DNA of 64,000 nucleotides from contig CAVUZH010000003.1 of NCBI GenBank assembly GCA_963745835.1, positions 704,001-768,000 of the forward strand, read 5' to 3'. Position 1 is the stretch's first letter. Each line of letters begins with the position of its first letter. Source of the DNA: an uncultured delta proteobacterium. Its GTDB lineage: Bacteria; Desulfobacterota; Binatia; UBA9968. The translations under genes and the position numbers were made by a program. Of the stretch, positions 31,296 to 40,386 are shown piece after piece. The notes below the pieces were generated by a model. It searched no databases and was not told the DNA's origin. It worked only from the letters and a program-made list of their open reading frames with translations.

Positions 31296-33905
31296 TCACA
31301 GCACCTCTGCCGATGATTTCGCGACCGGGACAAACTCGAGCTTGTGCGCCAAAGATTCCATGACGTGATAGAGTACGTGGCCGAGGCGGAATTTTTGATA
31401 CAGGATCGCACCCCCGTGAATTAATCCGATACCAAGTGTCGCCAGGGCAATCTGCGGCATCCCGAGGAAAGCGGCGGACGTTGTCAATACCGCATAGAGG
31501 GAAAGGCAGATGAGCGAAACCCTCGACATCCTTAGGGCGCAGCGCACACGTAAAAGCCGCTTTGAGCCGCCATGATTTTCCACCGCTGTCTTCACTTGAG
31601 CTTTTGCCCACGGCCCTTGGCAAATCTCCAGATCCCATTGGCTCCATCCTTGATCCATCGCGATGAGATACTTTCGCGGCAAAAGAAAGTCCATTGCGGC
31701 GCCGAGCAGGCTCTCCTTTTCCTGGCCGGCCTCGTTCCAGTACGAAAGATAAAAGGCGCGCTCGCGCAGCGAGATGCGCGGCGACTGCCGTGGCCCGTTA
31801 CACTCAACCCGTTTGACCTCGCGTAGCCTGCGAATGCGCCAGCGATAGCGCTCGAGGGTTCGAAAGAGTGGCCCAACGTAAATAAGAAATGTTATCAGCA
31901 GAGTCGCCGGCGCGCCCCGGTAAGCCCGGGGGACGCGAGCTCGTAGCGCGCTTGTCAGGCAGCGCGCTACTGTGACGCCGAATGGCGCGAGTGCAAGCCA
32001 GAACCAGCCGCCAAAAATAAACGCGCATGCCACCAGCGCGAGAGAAAGCAAGTTCCACTCGAGAGTCATCGGCAGGCATGCTAAGACGGAGGGCGGCGGC
32101 TGGTAGAGCGTTTGAAAAAGTCCACGACCGAAAACTCCCGAGTAGATCCTCGGCTGGCGGCTCGACAAGAAAGAGGAAAGATCGCCGTAAATCCTGCCGA
32201 ACCAACGCGATTGACCAAGCACATTAAAGCGACTCGGATGTTTAAAGAACAGGAGAGTCTCGGCCTTGCCATAGCCGCGTTGCTGACTTAAGTAATCTCG
32301 CACCGTATTACGGCGAAAATGCCAAACCAGCGCCGCTGGGCTGAAGCCGATCTTGTAGCCTTTGTTCTGAAGTCGCCAGCAAACATCCACATCATCGCCG
32401 GCAGCGCGGAAGATCGGATCAAACCCTGAGATCGCTTCCAAAGCTTCCCGGCGGAATGCCATATTGCATCCCGGTATGTGTTCGGCTACCTCATCATCCA
32501 AAAGCACATGGGCCGGCGCGCCGGGCGATAGGGCGACGCATGAGGCGATCATTGAATCGTCGGGCGGCGACAGATTCGGGCCGCCGACCGCGCCGAATTC
32601 CGACGATTGAAAGCGGGCAACCAGATAGGTCAGCCAGTCTTCATCGGCCATACAATCAGCATCGGTGAAGGCAATGATATCACCTGTGGAAGCGCGGATA
32701 CCGACGTTGCGCGCCTCACTCAGTCCTCTATTTTCCTGATTGATCAGATGAATGTAGTCGTAGCTCTCGGCGATTTTCTGGGTTCGATCCGTGGAGCCAT
32801 CGTTCACCACAATAACTTCATAATTTCGGTAATTGAGTTTTTCTAACGAAGCGAGGCAGGCATCTATTGTGCGTTCCCCGTTGTACACGCATACAACTAC
32901 AGAAACCTTGGGATAGCGGTTGAGATCCGCCGGAAGCGTATTAGCGTAGTACTTTTTTGCTTCCCAGTAAGCCGGTTTTGGTTGGCGGTTACGATCAACC
33001 AAACCGAAAGCCCAATCGTCAACCTGAAATCCCTCAGCGCCGGAATAGGCATGCCAGTCATCAGTCCATGAGAAGATCACGGTGCCCGCGACGCCGGTCT
33101 CGAAGCTTACGCGCAATTGCCAGGACATCGCTTGGGCCTGAAAGTCGAGCCCTTGGCTGACCGAGTCCATGCCAATCTCAGTCAGCACGAGCGGCCGATC
33201 ACCGGCTAAATTGTGGAGATGAAAAAGGTAACGACGGAAGTCTTGCTCGCGATGAAGGTAGACATTGAACGCCAAGAAGTCGGTAAAATCTATCTCCAGG
33301 TATTCAGTAGAAGGAAAATTCGCGTAACTAACGAATCGCTCCGGATCGCTTGCTTTCGCCGCTTTGAATAAGCTCCCGAGAAACGATCGGACTCGCCGTG
33401 CGCCGTGCCATCGCACAATGTCGGGGGGAATCTCATTTCCAATTAGATAGGCGAAGGTCGCAGGATGTCGCTTGCAAGCCTCAACACTGCCGACAATAGT
33501 TTTACGAACTTCAGACTGCGTGCGAGGTGAGTCAAGAAAAGATATATGCTGAGCCCATGGAATGCCGACGATCACTCTCAGGCCGCAGGCTGCCGCCATA
33601 TCGAGGAGCCAATCGGGCGGCGGCGTAAAGGTGCGGAAACAGTTGACTCCGAGTTTCCTCATCAATGTAAAATCCATCTCGACACGTGCTGCTTCTGGAA
33701 AAGGAACCCCTTGAAGTGAAGGAGCAAAAGGGCCGTAGGTAACTCCTTTCAAGAAAAACTTCTCATGATTGTTGAAGAAAAAACGTCCCTGCGCTGTGAT
33801 TTTTTCCGACGTGCTTAGCGGGGTAGAATCAAGCCGGCTCGATAGTGGTAGAGGTTCCAAGGTTTCAGGATAAGGTTTGAAAAGTTGCGGCAGCGGCATA
33901 TTCAC
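31296..33905 (-). CDS. Clan GH-A TIM-barrel :: GT2 glycosyltransferase :: membrane domain fusion, operon B (intact)
   Basis: GVTYGPF, LIGNEI, VLTEIG, FSWTDDW; GT2 motifs VVNDGSTD, FTDAD, PGCNMAFR, GDDVD, QQRGYG; C-terminal TMs; AGGAG RBS 8 nt before GTG 33905. Confidence 0.9.
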   Translation of the reverse strand: MNMPLPQLFKPYPETLEPLPLSSRLDSTPLSTSEKITAQGRFFFNNHEKFFLKGVTYGPFAPSLQGVPFPEAARVEMDFTLMRKLGVNCFRTFTPPPDWLLDMAAACGLRVIVGIPWAQHISFLDSPRTQSEVRKTIVGSVEACKRHPATFAYLIGNEIPPDIVRWHGARRVRSFLGSLFKAAKASDPERFVSYANFPSTEYLEIDFTDFLAFNVYLHREQDFRRYLFHLHNLAGDRPLVLTEIGMDSVSQGLDFQAQAMSWQLRVSFETGVAGTVIFSWTDDWHAYSGAEGFQVDDWAFGLVDRNRQPKPAYWEAKKYYANTLPADLNRYPKVSVVVCVYNGERTIDACLASLEKLNYRNYEVIVVNDGSTDRTQKIAESYDYIHLINQENRGLSEARNVGIRASTGDIIAFTDADCMADEDWLTYLVARFQSSEFGAVGGPNLSPPDDSMIASCVALSPGAPAHVLLDDEVAEHIPGCNMAFRREALEAISGFDPIFRAAGDDVDVCWRLQNKGYKIGFSPAALVWHFRRNTVRDYLSQQRGYGKAETLLFFKHPSRFNVLGQSRWFGRIYGDLSSFLSSRQPRIYSGVFGRGLFQTLYQPPPSVLACLPMTLEWNLLSLALVACAFIFGGWFWLALAPFGVTVARCLTSALRARVPRAYRGAPATLLITFLIYVGPLFRTLERYRWRIRRLREVKRVECNGPRQSPRISLRERAFYLSYWNEAGQEKESLLGAAMDFLLPRKYLIAMDQGWSQWDLEICQGPWAKAQVKTAVENHGGSKRLLRVRCALRMSRVSLICLSLYAVLTTSAAFLGMPQIALATLGIGLIHGGAILYQKFRLGHVLYHVMESLAHKLEFVPVAKSSAEVL

Positions 33906-33991
33906 TGGTGCTTCTCCTATTGAAAAATAAAACCGCGTCAGAGAGACAGAATGGTGCGAAAACGCTATCCGGGTAGCAATGGTGGCGCAAC

Positions 33992-34006
33992 GCAACAATA
34001 ATGCCA
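33992..34006 (-). promoter_or_regulatory. Sigma-54 (-24/-12) promoter of operon B
   Basis: Minus strand TGGCATT-ATTG-TTGC. Confidence 0.75.
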
Positions 34007-34093
34007 GTAAAGTTCTGAAAACGATTTACTTTTATAAATAATGGTTTAACGGTGTCTAAATTACCTTGGAGCGCTCATTTGTCTCAAAGGCAG

Positions 34094-34118
34094 CACTTCA
34101 GTGCAGGTTTATCCTGCA
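34094..34118. promoter_or_regulatory. Putative enhancer-binding-protein site (palindrome), operon B
   Basis: CACTTCAG-TGCAGG-TTTAT-CCTGCA (TGCA-N9-TGCA), same distance from the -24 box as in operon A. Confidence 0.6.
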
Positions 34119-34602
34119 GTGAGCGACTCTTTCCGACCAACTTTGCGCTGACGAATCAATCCCCACCGTTCCCCCTCTTTGATGATTAGACGTCGTCGAA
34201 CGTCAGAAACATTGGCTGTGCACTGATATAAAAAGGAATCGCACCACAAAGATCACCGATTGAACCCCAACCGTTGGGAAACAAACAAAGCAACTCCTGC
34301 GCGTCAGCTCAGGGCGACAGCGCCGGTGAATTTATGGTGAATACAGAATCTAAGAGCAATTCGTTAATAGGGGATTGGGTTTTCGTCCATCATCCGATAT
34401 GACCACTACCCAATGGTATGAATGACGATGCGAGTTTCGCTCGGAATGCGCCCGGTGACGGCCACTTTTATCTAATTCGTATCCCTTCTTAACTCAATCT
34501 GATAGTTATGCGGCCTATGAAAAATTGAATGCTTCGCAGGGTTGTTCTCGCCGCTCTAGCGTTTACAATTTCTCTGCAAGAAAGGGTGTGAGTATCCGCT
34601 TC

Positions 34603-34941
34603 ATGAAATGTCCAAAATGCCGTACTGAGACTATGAATGTATTTTCAGTAGAAGGGGTGGCCGTGGAGCGCTGCTCGTCCTGTAGCGGAATTTGGTTCGA
34701 TGCCCGGGAGCTCAGCCAGTTGCTCGAACAAGATGCTCGCCAGGTAGCCTCGCTGCGCCGCGGGCGCGATAACCAGCAGCTCGAGGGCAAGAGGGGCTTC
34801 TGCCCGCGCGATGGCTCAGAGCTTTTACGGGTTTACAGCAGTATCAATCAATCGGTAATTATCGACGCCTGCGCCGATTGCCGAGGCATCTGGCTCGATG
34901 GCGGCGAATTCGAAAAGCTTTTTTCCGCCCGCCAGCTGTAG
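34603..34941 (+). CDS. Tandem zf-TFIIB-like zinc-ribbon protein
   Basis: [20 protein letters not shown] and [20 protein letters not shown]. Confidence 0.8.
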   Translation: MKCPKCRTETMNVFSVEGVAVERCSSCSGIWFDARELSQLLEQDARQVASLRRGRDNQQLEGKRGFCPRDGSELLRVYSSINQSVIIDACADCRGIWLDGGEFEKLFSARQL

Positions 34942-34973
34942 TTCCCCCAACAGGTTCTGGCTTAGAGTTCATC

Positions 34974-35396
34974 ATGGCGGCGAACCAGGTCTCTTCTGAA
35001 AAACAGAAACTACTACAGCTTCGAATGCAGACCTTAGGCATCCGAGAACAGGACCTGGAGGAACAATTTGTTCGCTCGTCAGGAGCGGGCGGACAAAACG
35101 TTAACAAGGTATCTTCGTGCGTCGTTCTCCATCACCGGCCCACCGGTATTCGCGTTAAGTGCCAACAGGAGCGCTCGCAGGCGCTTAACCGTTTTCTTGC
35201 CCGCCGCATTCTGCTCGATAAAATCGAGGCAAAGCTCAAAGGAATCCAAGCCGCTGAAGATCAAAAGATCGCTAGAATCCGGCGGCAAAAAAGAAAGCGC
35301 TCACGCCGCGCCAAGCTCAAGCTGCTCGCGGATAAGCGCCACCTAGCGGAAAAGAAATCGCGCCGCGCCTCTGTCCGGCCTGATCAGCAAGATTAA
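34974..35396 (+). CDS. Peptide-chain-release-factor-like ribosome rescue protein (ArfB/YaeJ-like)
   Basis: [15 protein letters not shown] (GGQ), ERSQALNR, very basic C-terminal tail. Confidence 0.85.
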   Translation: MAANQVSSEKQKLLQLRMQTLGIREQDLEEQFVRSSGAGGQNVNKVSSCVVLHHRPTGIRVKCQQERSQALNRFLARRILLDKIEAKLKGIQAAEDQKIARIRRQKRKRSRRAKLKLLADKRHLAEKKSRRASVRPDQQD

Positions 35397-35433
35397 CAAT
35401 CTGGCGTCCCAATGCGTAAATTGGCGTAACGGG

Positions 35434-36648
35434 TTATAAACGCGCCGGGTTCGAGCCGAAGGCCACTTCGGGAAAATGCCTCTGCCGGTTGGTGTTGCTG
35501 TAGACGAGCGCGCCCGAGGCAAGCAGAATCAAAGCCATGACGGCCATAAAGCCGTCGTAGCTGCCGGTTCTATCAAAGACAATGCTGGCAAACATCGGGC
35601 CGCCGGCAGAGCCGATCTGGTGCACGATGAAGCTAAGCCCGAGAATCACTCCGGCAAGTCGGGGGCCGGCGATTTCATAGAACATCACGTTTTGCACGGC
35701 TACGGTGCCAAACGTCGGACCGATGGCCACAGCCACAAGAATGAAAAATACCGCCTCGTTGGCGACTTCAAACGATAAGAAAAACGTGCCGACCCCACGG
35801 ATAACGTAGCTAAGCGCAAGCATCCGGGCTCTGCCGTAGCGGTCGGAAAGCCAACCGAAGAGCAGCGCCGATGCGGCCGCTGCAGCGCCGAATACGCTGA
35901 CGGCGGCAGCGCCAGTGGCGCTGGTGAAACCTTTGCTTAATGCCAGCGCCACGAGGTGAGCTATCTGAAAGAAAGCCACTCCGCAGGAAAAACGCGCCGC
36001 GAACATCACCAGCATGGAGCGATTGCGCAAGTACGGGAGACACGCGCCCCAGCCCAGGCGGACCCGTTGGCTGCCTGCAGCCCGCGGCTCACGTGCGCCC
36101 AGCCATGCCAGCGGTAAGGCTAGTACCATGAGCAGGATCGCTGTCGATAACGCGCCGGCGCGCCAGCCAAAACGGTTGATCAAGAAATAGAGCGGCGCAG
36201 CGAAAAGGAGCGGGCTTAGAGGTGCCGAAGTTTGCAGCACGCTCACTGCCAGGCCGCGGCTCTTGGCCTCGTAATGCTGCGACACCAAGAGCGACGCGAT
36301 TGCCAGTCCGCACGCGCCCATGGCTAATCCCACCATGAGGCCGTAGGTGAGTGAAAGCTGCCACACATTTGATGACAAACTCATGCCGAAAAATCCCGCC
36401 GCCATGAGCAGGATGCCGCCGAGAATCACCCGTCGCGCACCGTAGTCGTCGGCGAGCTTGCCAAACAGAACCGCCCCGGCGCCCCAACCCAGCATGGCAA
36501 ACATATAAGGCAGCGTCACCATTGCCCGCGACCAGCCGAAATCCGCCTCCATGGGTCTAAGGAACAGGCTAAAGGAGCTCATGCCGATGGAAGTCATAGT
36601 GACGACAGCCGTGGAGAGCAGTAACACCGTGGTGCGGGAAATTTTCAT
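35434..36648 (-). CDS. MFS transporter
   Basis: About 12 hydrophobic segments; GKLADDYGAR and GWLSDRYGR motif A. Confidence 0.9.
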   Translation of the reverse strand: MKISRTTVLLLSTAVVTMTSIGMSSFSLFLRPMEADFGWSRAMVTLPYMFAMLGWGAGAVLFGKLADDYGARRVILGGILLMAAGFFGMSLSSNVWQLSLTYGLMVGLAMGACGLAIASLLVSQHYEAKSRGLAVSVLQTSAPLSPLLFAAPLYFLINRFGWRAGALSTAILLMVLALPLAWLGAREPRAAGSQRVRLGWGACLPYLRNRSMLVMFAARFSCGVAFFQIAHLVALALSKGFTSATGAAAVSVFGAAAAASALLFGWLSDRYGRARMLALSYVIRGVGTFFLSFEVANEAVFFILVAVAIGPTFGTVAVQNVMFYEIAGPRLAGVILGLSFIVHQIGSAGGPMFASIVFDRTGSYDGFMAVMALILLASGALVYSNTNRQRHFPEVAFGSNPARL

Positions 36649-36806
36649 GGCAGCGAGGAGGCGTGTTATTTTTATGCCAGAGGATAGATGGAAGCTCAAA
36701 CACGTGGCGACGAATAGCCATTGGAATTTTAGCTGCCGATTGAATCAGCCGAGCTAATATCCAGTTTTCGATGGCTGAGTTGGCAAGCCTTTCCCATCTT
36801 CCGCGG

Positions 36807-38030
36807 TTATCGGCCGCGAGATCCCCGGTAGAGTTTCAGTGGCGCCAGTACTAGGCCGGCGACGATGAGAAAAACTCCCGCTAGAACGAACGAGAACTTG
36901 ATGCCAAATTCGCCGATCAAAAATCCGGTAACCATAGGTGTCGGAATCACAACTAGCTGGGTGACGAGGGTCATGAGCCCATAGGTCGATGCCTGAACGG
37001 CGGCGCCGGCGACATCCATTACCGCGGCGTTCATAATGTTGAAAAGCGTATAGAAAAATAGGCCGATGGCGATGATCACCAATGCCAGAGGAATGCCCGC
37101 GGGTACGATCGCCAGCAGCGCGAAGAACAAGCCCAACAAAAGGCATGAAGGGACGAGCACGGCTTTGCGGCCAAAGCGATCGGAGAGCAAACCCAACGCG
37201 GGCTGGGAAATCGTGCCGAGAGCATGCATCAAAGCGACGAAAACTCCCAGCGCGAAGGCTGAATAGTGCAGTTGTTCCTGTAAATAGATGGGCAGAAAGG
37301 TGAGAATCACCAAACGTCCCATCGAGAGCAAGCCCGTGGCTGCCGAAACGCCCAGGAAAGCTGGGTTGCCGATGACGGCCACTACCTCGCGGATTTGAGT
37401 TGATCTGTGGCGTGGACCGGAGTCGCCATCGACGAAAACTCCGGCGAGCGCGCGCCAGACCACCAGAGCGAACAAAAGGCCCGGTAATAATTGCAGACGC
37501 GCGACGGTTTGCCAGGAGAAACTCGCCAGCAAAGCGCCGACAAACAGGGGAGTAATCGTATCGCTGATGGTTGCTCCTGTGCCGTGAATCGAAAGCGCGG
37601 TGGCGCGATGTTCTGGAAAACGATTCGACAACGATGCAGCTGCAGTCGGATGCCACAGCGCCGTGCCTAAACCGATCAACCCCGAGCCAAGCAGCGCCCA
37701 GGCGAAGACGGGCGAACCCAGGAGAAAATAGGCAGCGGCCATCGCCACCAACGACAAGGCCAGCATCCTGGCGCGATGGCGTACCATCGAATCGGCGAGT
37801 AAGCCCACGGGAAGTTGGCCTAACCCCATGATCATCTGCTGCGCCGAGGTTAACGCGCCGACTTCCACATTAGTCAATCCGAGACCCGACTTGATCGAGG
37901 GCAAGATGACTGGAAAAAACTGTTGAAACCAATGGATGACAAAATGGCCGCCGGTAAGAATACCGAGGAGCCGTATGCGCTCGGCGCCAAGCGAGCGCAC
38001 TGAGGCGAGCATATGTCGGGCTACATTCAT
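36807..38030 (-). CDS. MFS transporter
   Basis: GLLADS, LWHP, GLLSDRFGRK; about 12 TM segments. Confidence 0.9.
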   Translation of the reverse strand: MNVARHMLASVRSLGAERIRLLGILTGGHFVIHWFQQFFPVILPSIKSGLGLTNVEVGALTSAQQMIMGLGQLPVGLLADSMVRHRARMLALSLVAMAAAYFLLGSPVFAWALLGSGLIGLGTALWHPTAAASLSNRFPEHRATALSIHGTGATISDTITPLFVGALLASFSWQTVARLQLLPGLLFALVVWRALAGVFVDGDSGPRHRSTQIREVVAVIGNPAFLGVSAATGLLSMGRLVILTFLPIYLQEQLHYSAFALGVFVALMHALGTISQPALGLLSDRFGRKAVLVPSCLLLGLFFALLAIVPAGIPLALVIIAIGLFFYTLFNIMNAAVMDVAGAAVQASTYGLMTLVTQLVVIPTPMVTGFLIGEFGIKFSFVLAGVFLIVAGLVLAPLKLYRGSRGR

Positions 38031-38349
38031 AGTTTAGTTTCTAGGGGATGTTTCGGGACATGAACAACTCAGCGGAGGACCAGTGTGCGCGAATTCTCTA
38101 CGATTAGCTCATGCGATAACCGGTTGGAAGGGATCGATGCTCTGCTTGACGCAAGTCACGCCTATCGCAAACACAATCGTCTAAACTTCATAACCTTGCT
38201 CGGTCCTACTTGTCAGCAAAACAAAACCTAATAAGCTGAAAGTGAGATCCGAAGCTGAAATTCTTTCTGCGCCTGGTAATCGAGTTAGACTTAAATGGTA
38301 TCGTTCACGCGCCGGAAAGTGACATTTTTAATTGTCAGGAGGAGCAAAC

Positions 38350-38553
38350 ATGGCGAAGTACGGTTCGAAGGCAAAAGAAAAAGTAAAGAAGGCGATGCAC
38401 GAGCGCAAGAGAGGAAAACTAAAGAGCGGACGGTCCGGAAAAAAAGTGACTAGCCGCAAACAGGCTATCGCCATCGGCCTTTCCGAAGCGCGCCGAGCCG
38501 GCGGCAAGGTGCCGCGGAAAAAATCATCGACCCGGAAGACGAAAAAGAAATAG
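38350..38553 (+). CDS. Small basic protein (DUF6496-like)
   Basis: MHERKRGKLKSGRSGKKVTSRKQAIAIGLSEARRAG; AGGAGG RBS. Confidence 0.8.
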   Translation: MAKYGSKAKEKVKKAMHERKRGKLKSGRSGKKVTSRKQAIAIGLSEARRAGGKVPRKKSSTRKTKKK

Positions 38554-38591
38554 AGTCGGCCGGTCGAAACTCTCAGCAGCGGGCGAAGGCA

Positions 38592-40184
38592 TTATAACTT
38601 CCGCTCAACGAGCGGCGGCGGTGTCCACTGATACAGCCAGGTCTCGGTCAAGGGCTGCCCGCCCTGGCGCAGGTACAACCGGAGATCGATGGGCTCGGTG
38701 CTATCGTCAGTGGGTTTCAAGTCGAACATGGCGCGGTAGCCGTTGATCTCGGCCTGAGGCCGCGCTGATGCAATCTCAATTTCGCCACGCGAAGCGCTGA
38801 TCACCGGCTCCACTTGCGCTTCTTTGGAAAGCGCCGCGAGCTTGCCTCCGGTGAAATCCACAGCGAAGCGATAAGAGAAATATTTTCGCGGTTGACCGAC
38901 GACGCCGCCGATGCCTGTTCGAGTGGCGACAACTTGCGCGAGCGCAGGCGCAAACGGCATTGTCGAGCCCCAGTAGAGCCGGTAGCTGAACAGCAGCTCC
39001 TCTCCAGGTTGAGGTTGAGCGGCGGGATTCCAGTAGGCGACGATGTTGTCGAAGGTTTCATCCGGTGCTGGTAGCTCGGCCAACTGCACTGCGCCTGCGC
39101 CCCAACCGCTACCGGAAGCGTTTTTCGGTTCGACCCAGAGACTCGGGCGGCGCTCATAAAATACTGAATCATCCTGGTAGTGATCGAAGTTGCGATCGCG
39201 CTGCAACAGGCCGAAGCCGCGCGGGTTAGTGTCAAGGTAAGAGTTGACCCGAATTCCCGAGGGGTTCATCAATGGTCGCCAGATCCATTCGCCATTGCCG
39301 GTAAGCAGTGATAATCCGTCTGAGTCGTGAATTTCCGGACGCCAGTCGGTGGCCATGCGTCGATCGTTCTCGCCATGTTGGTACATGCTGGTTAACGGCG
39401 CGATGCCAATCCTCTCGATGGCTTTGCGCGGATAAAGGGCGGCATCGACATCCATGATCAAGGTTGGCCCGGGCCTAATCTCAAAGCGATAGGCGCCGGT
39501 CACGCTGTGAGAATCCATGAGCGCATAGACGGTTAATTGCTTAGAATTGTTTACCGGCCGTTGGAGCCAAAAGTCGGTGAAGCGCGGAAACTCTTCGCCC
39601 TTATCGAGCGCTGTGTCGACGGCAAGCCCGCGGGCAGAAATCCCGTACTGGCGATAGTCGCTGCCGACTGCGCGGAAGTAACTAGCGCCGAGAAAAGCTG
39701 CGACATCGGCGCGCCAATCGGTATGAAAATGCAATCGGAAGCCGGCAAAGCCGAGATCTCGCGGCAAGACGCCGGCGTCTACTCGAGCCCTGCGAAAATC
39801 AAACATCGCCGGATCGTAAAGTATCGCGCTTGCCTGATCATCGACAATTTCATGCATGCGCACCTGCTCTTTAAACATCGGGCCACGATGAAAGAATTCT
39901 ACCCGAAATGCGAGATTGTCTTTCAGCCATAGGGCTCTATGAGCGCCGAACCGAATCGCCTGATAGGCATTGTAATCAAGTTGAGTCAGCGGATGTGGCA
40001 GCACCTGGTCGGGTGCTTTGTAATCACTGGAGGCTATTCGCCGCGCGTGATTTTTAAGCCAGTCATAATTGAACTGCTGTGCTCGGGCCGGCAGCGCGCT
40101 TCCATGTAAGGGCCGCGCAGCAGGGATGGATAGGGGTGCTCCTGCCAGGATCAAGGCAGATTTAAGAAAATCACGTCGTCGCAT
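38592..40184 (-). CDS. opgD: Periplasmic glucan biosynthesis protein D/G (OpgD/OpgG family), Tat-exported
   Basis: MRRRDFLK twin-Arg signal; LGFAGFR, FLGASYFRA, EEFPRF, APLTSM, DWRPEIHDSDGL, ETFDNIVAYW, TETWLYQW. Confidence 0.9.
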   Translation of the reverse strand: MRRRDFLKSALILAGAPLSIPAARPLHGSALPARAQQFNYDWLKNHARRIASSDYKAPDQVLPHPLTQLDYNAYQAIRFGAHRALWLKDNLAFRVEFFHRGPMFKEQVRMHEIVDDQASAILYDPAMFDFRRARVDAGVLPRDLGFAGFRLHFHTDWRADVAAFLGASYFRAVGSDYRQYGISARGLAVDTALDKGEEFPRFTDFWLQRPVNNSKQLTVYALMDSHSVTGAYRFEIRPGPTLIMDVDAALYPRKAIERIGIAPLTSMYQHGENDRRMATDWRPEIHDSDGLSLLTGNGEWIWRPLMNPSGIRVNSYLDTNPRGFGLLQRDRNFDHYQDDSVFYERRPSLWVEPKNASGSGWGAGAVQLAELPAPDETFDNIVAYWNPAAQPQPGEELLFSYRLYWGSTMPFAPALAQVVATRTGIGGVVGQPRKYFSYRFAVDFTGGKLAALSKEAQVEPVISASRGEIEIASARPQAEINGYRAMFDLKPTDDSTEPIDLRLYLRQGGQPLTETWLYQWTPPPLVERKL

Positions 40185-40386
40185 GGATTCTGTCGCGCAA
40201 GGCGGGCGAGAAGGTAATTCAGGCGAGACTAGCAATTCAAGCTTAGGTTTCAAGAGGATCGGCCCAAAAAAACTTCGGCGTGGTGCATGTATCACAGAAC
40301 CGATTCGACAAAGTGTTCGAACAAAATGTCGTGAGATGCGAAGCTGTCGGAATACATCAGGCTAATTACATGCGGAGGAGAGTGAA

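Noticed and set aside
36754-37656. Long overlapping or antisense ORFs such as 36754..37656, 46926..47678, 62270..62977 and 20412..21071
   Set aside because: Shadow ORFs of well-supported genes in GC-rich DNA, with no motifs
38297-38311. Sigma-54 promoter for the DUF6496-like gene (TGGTATC-GTTC-ACGC)
   Set aside because: Only the GG-N10-GC core matches; the -12 box is poor
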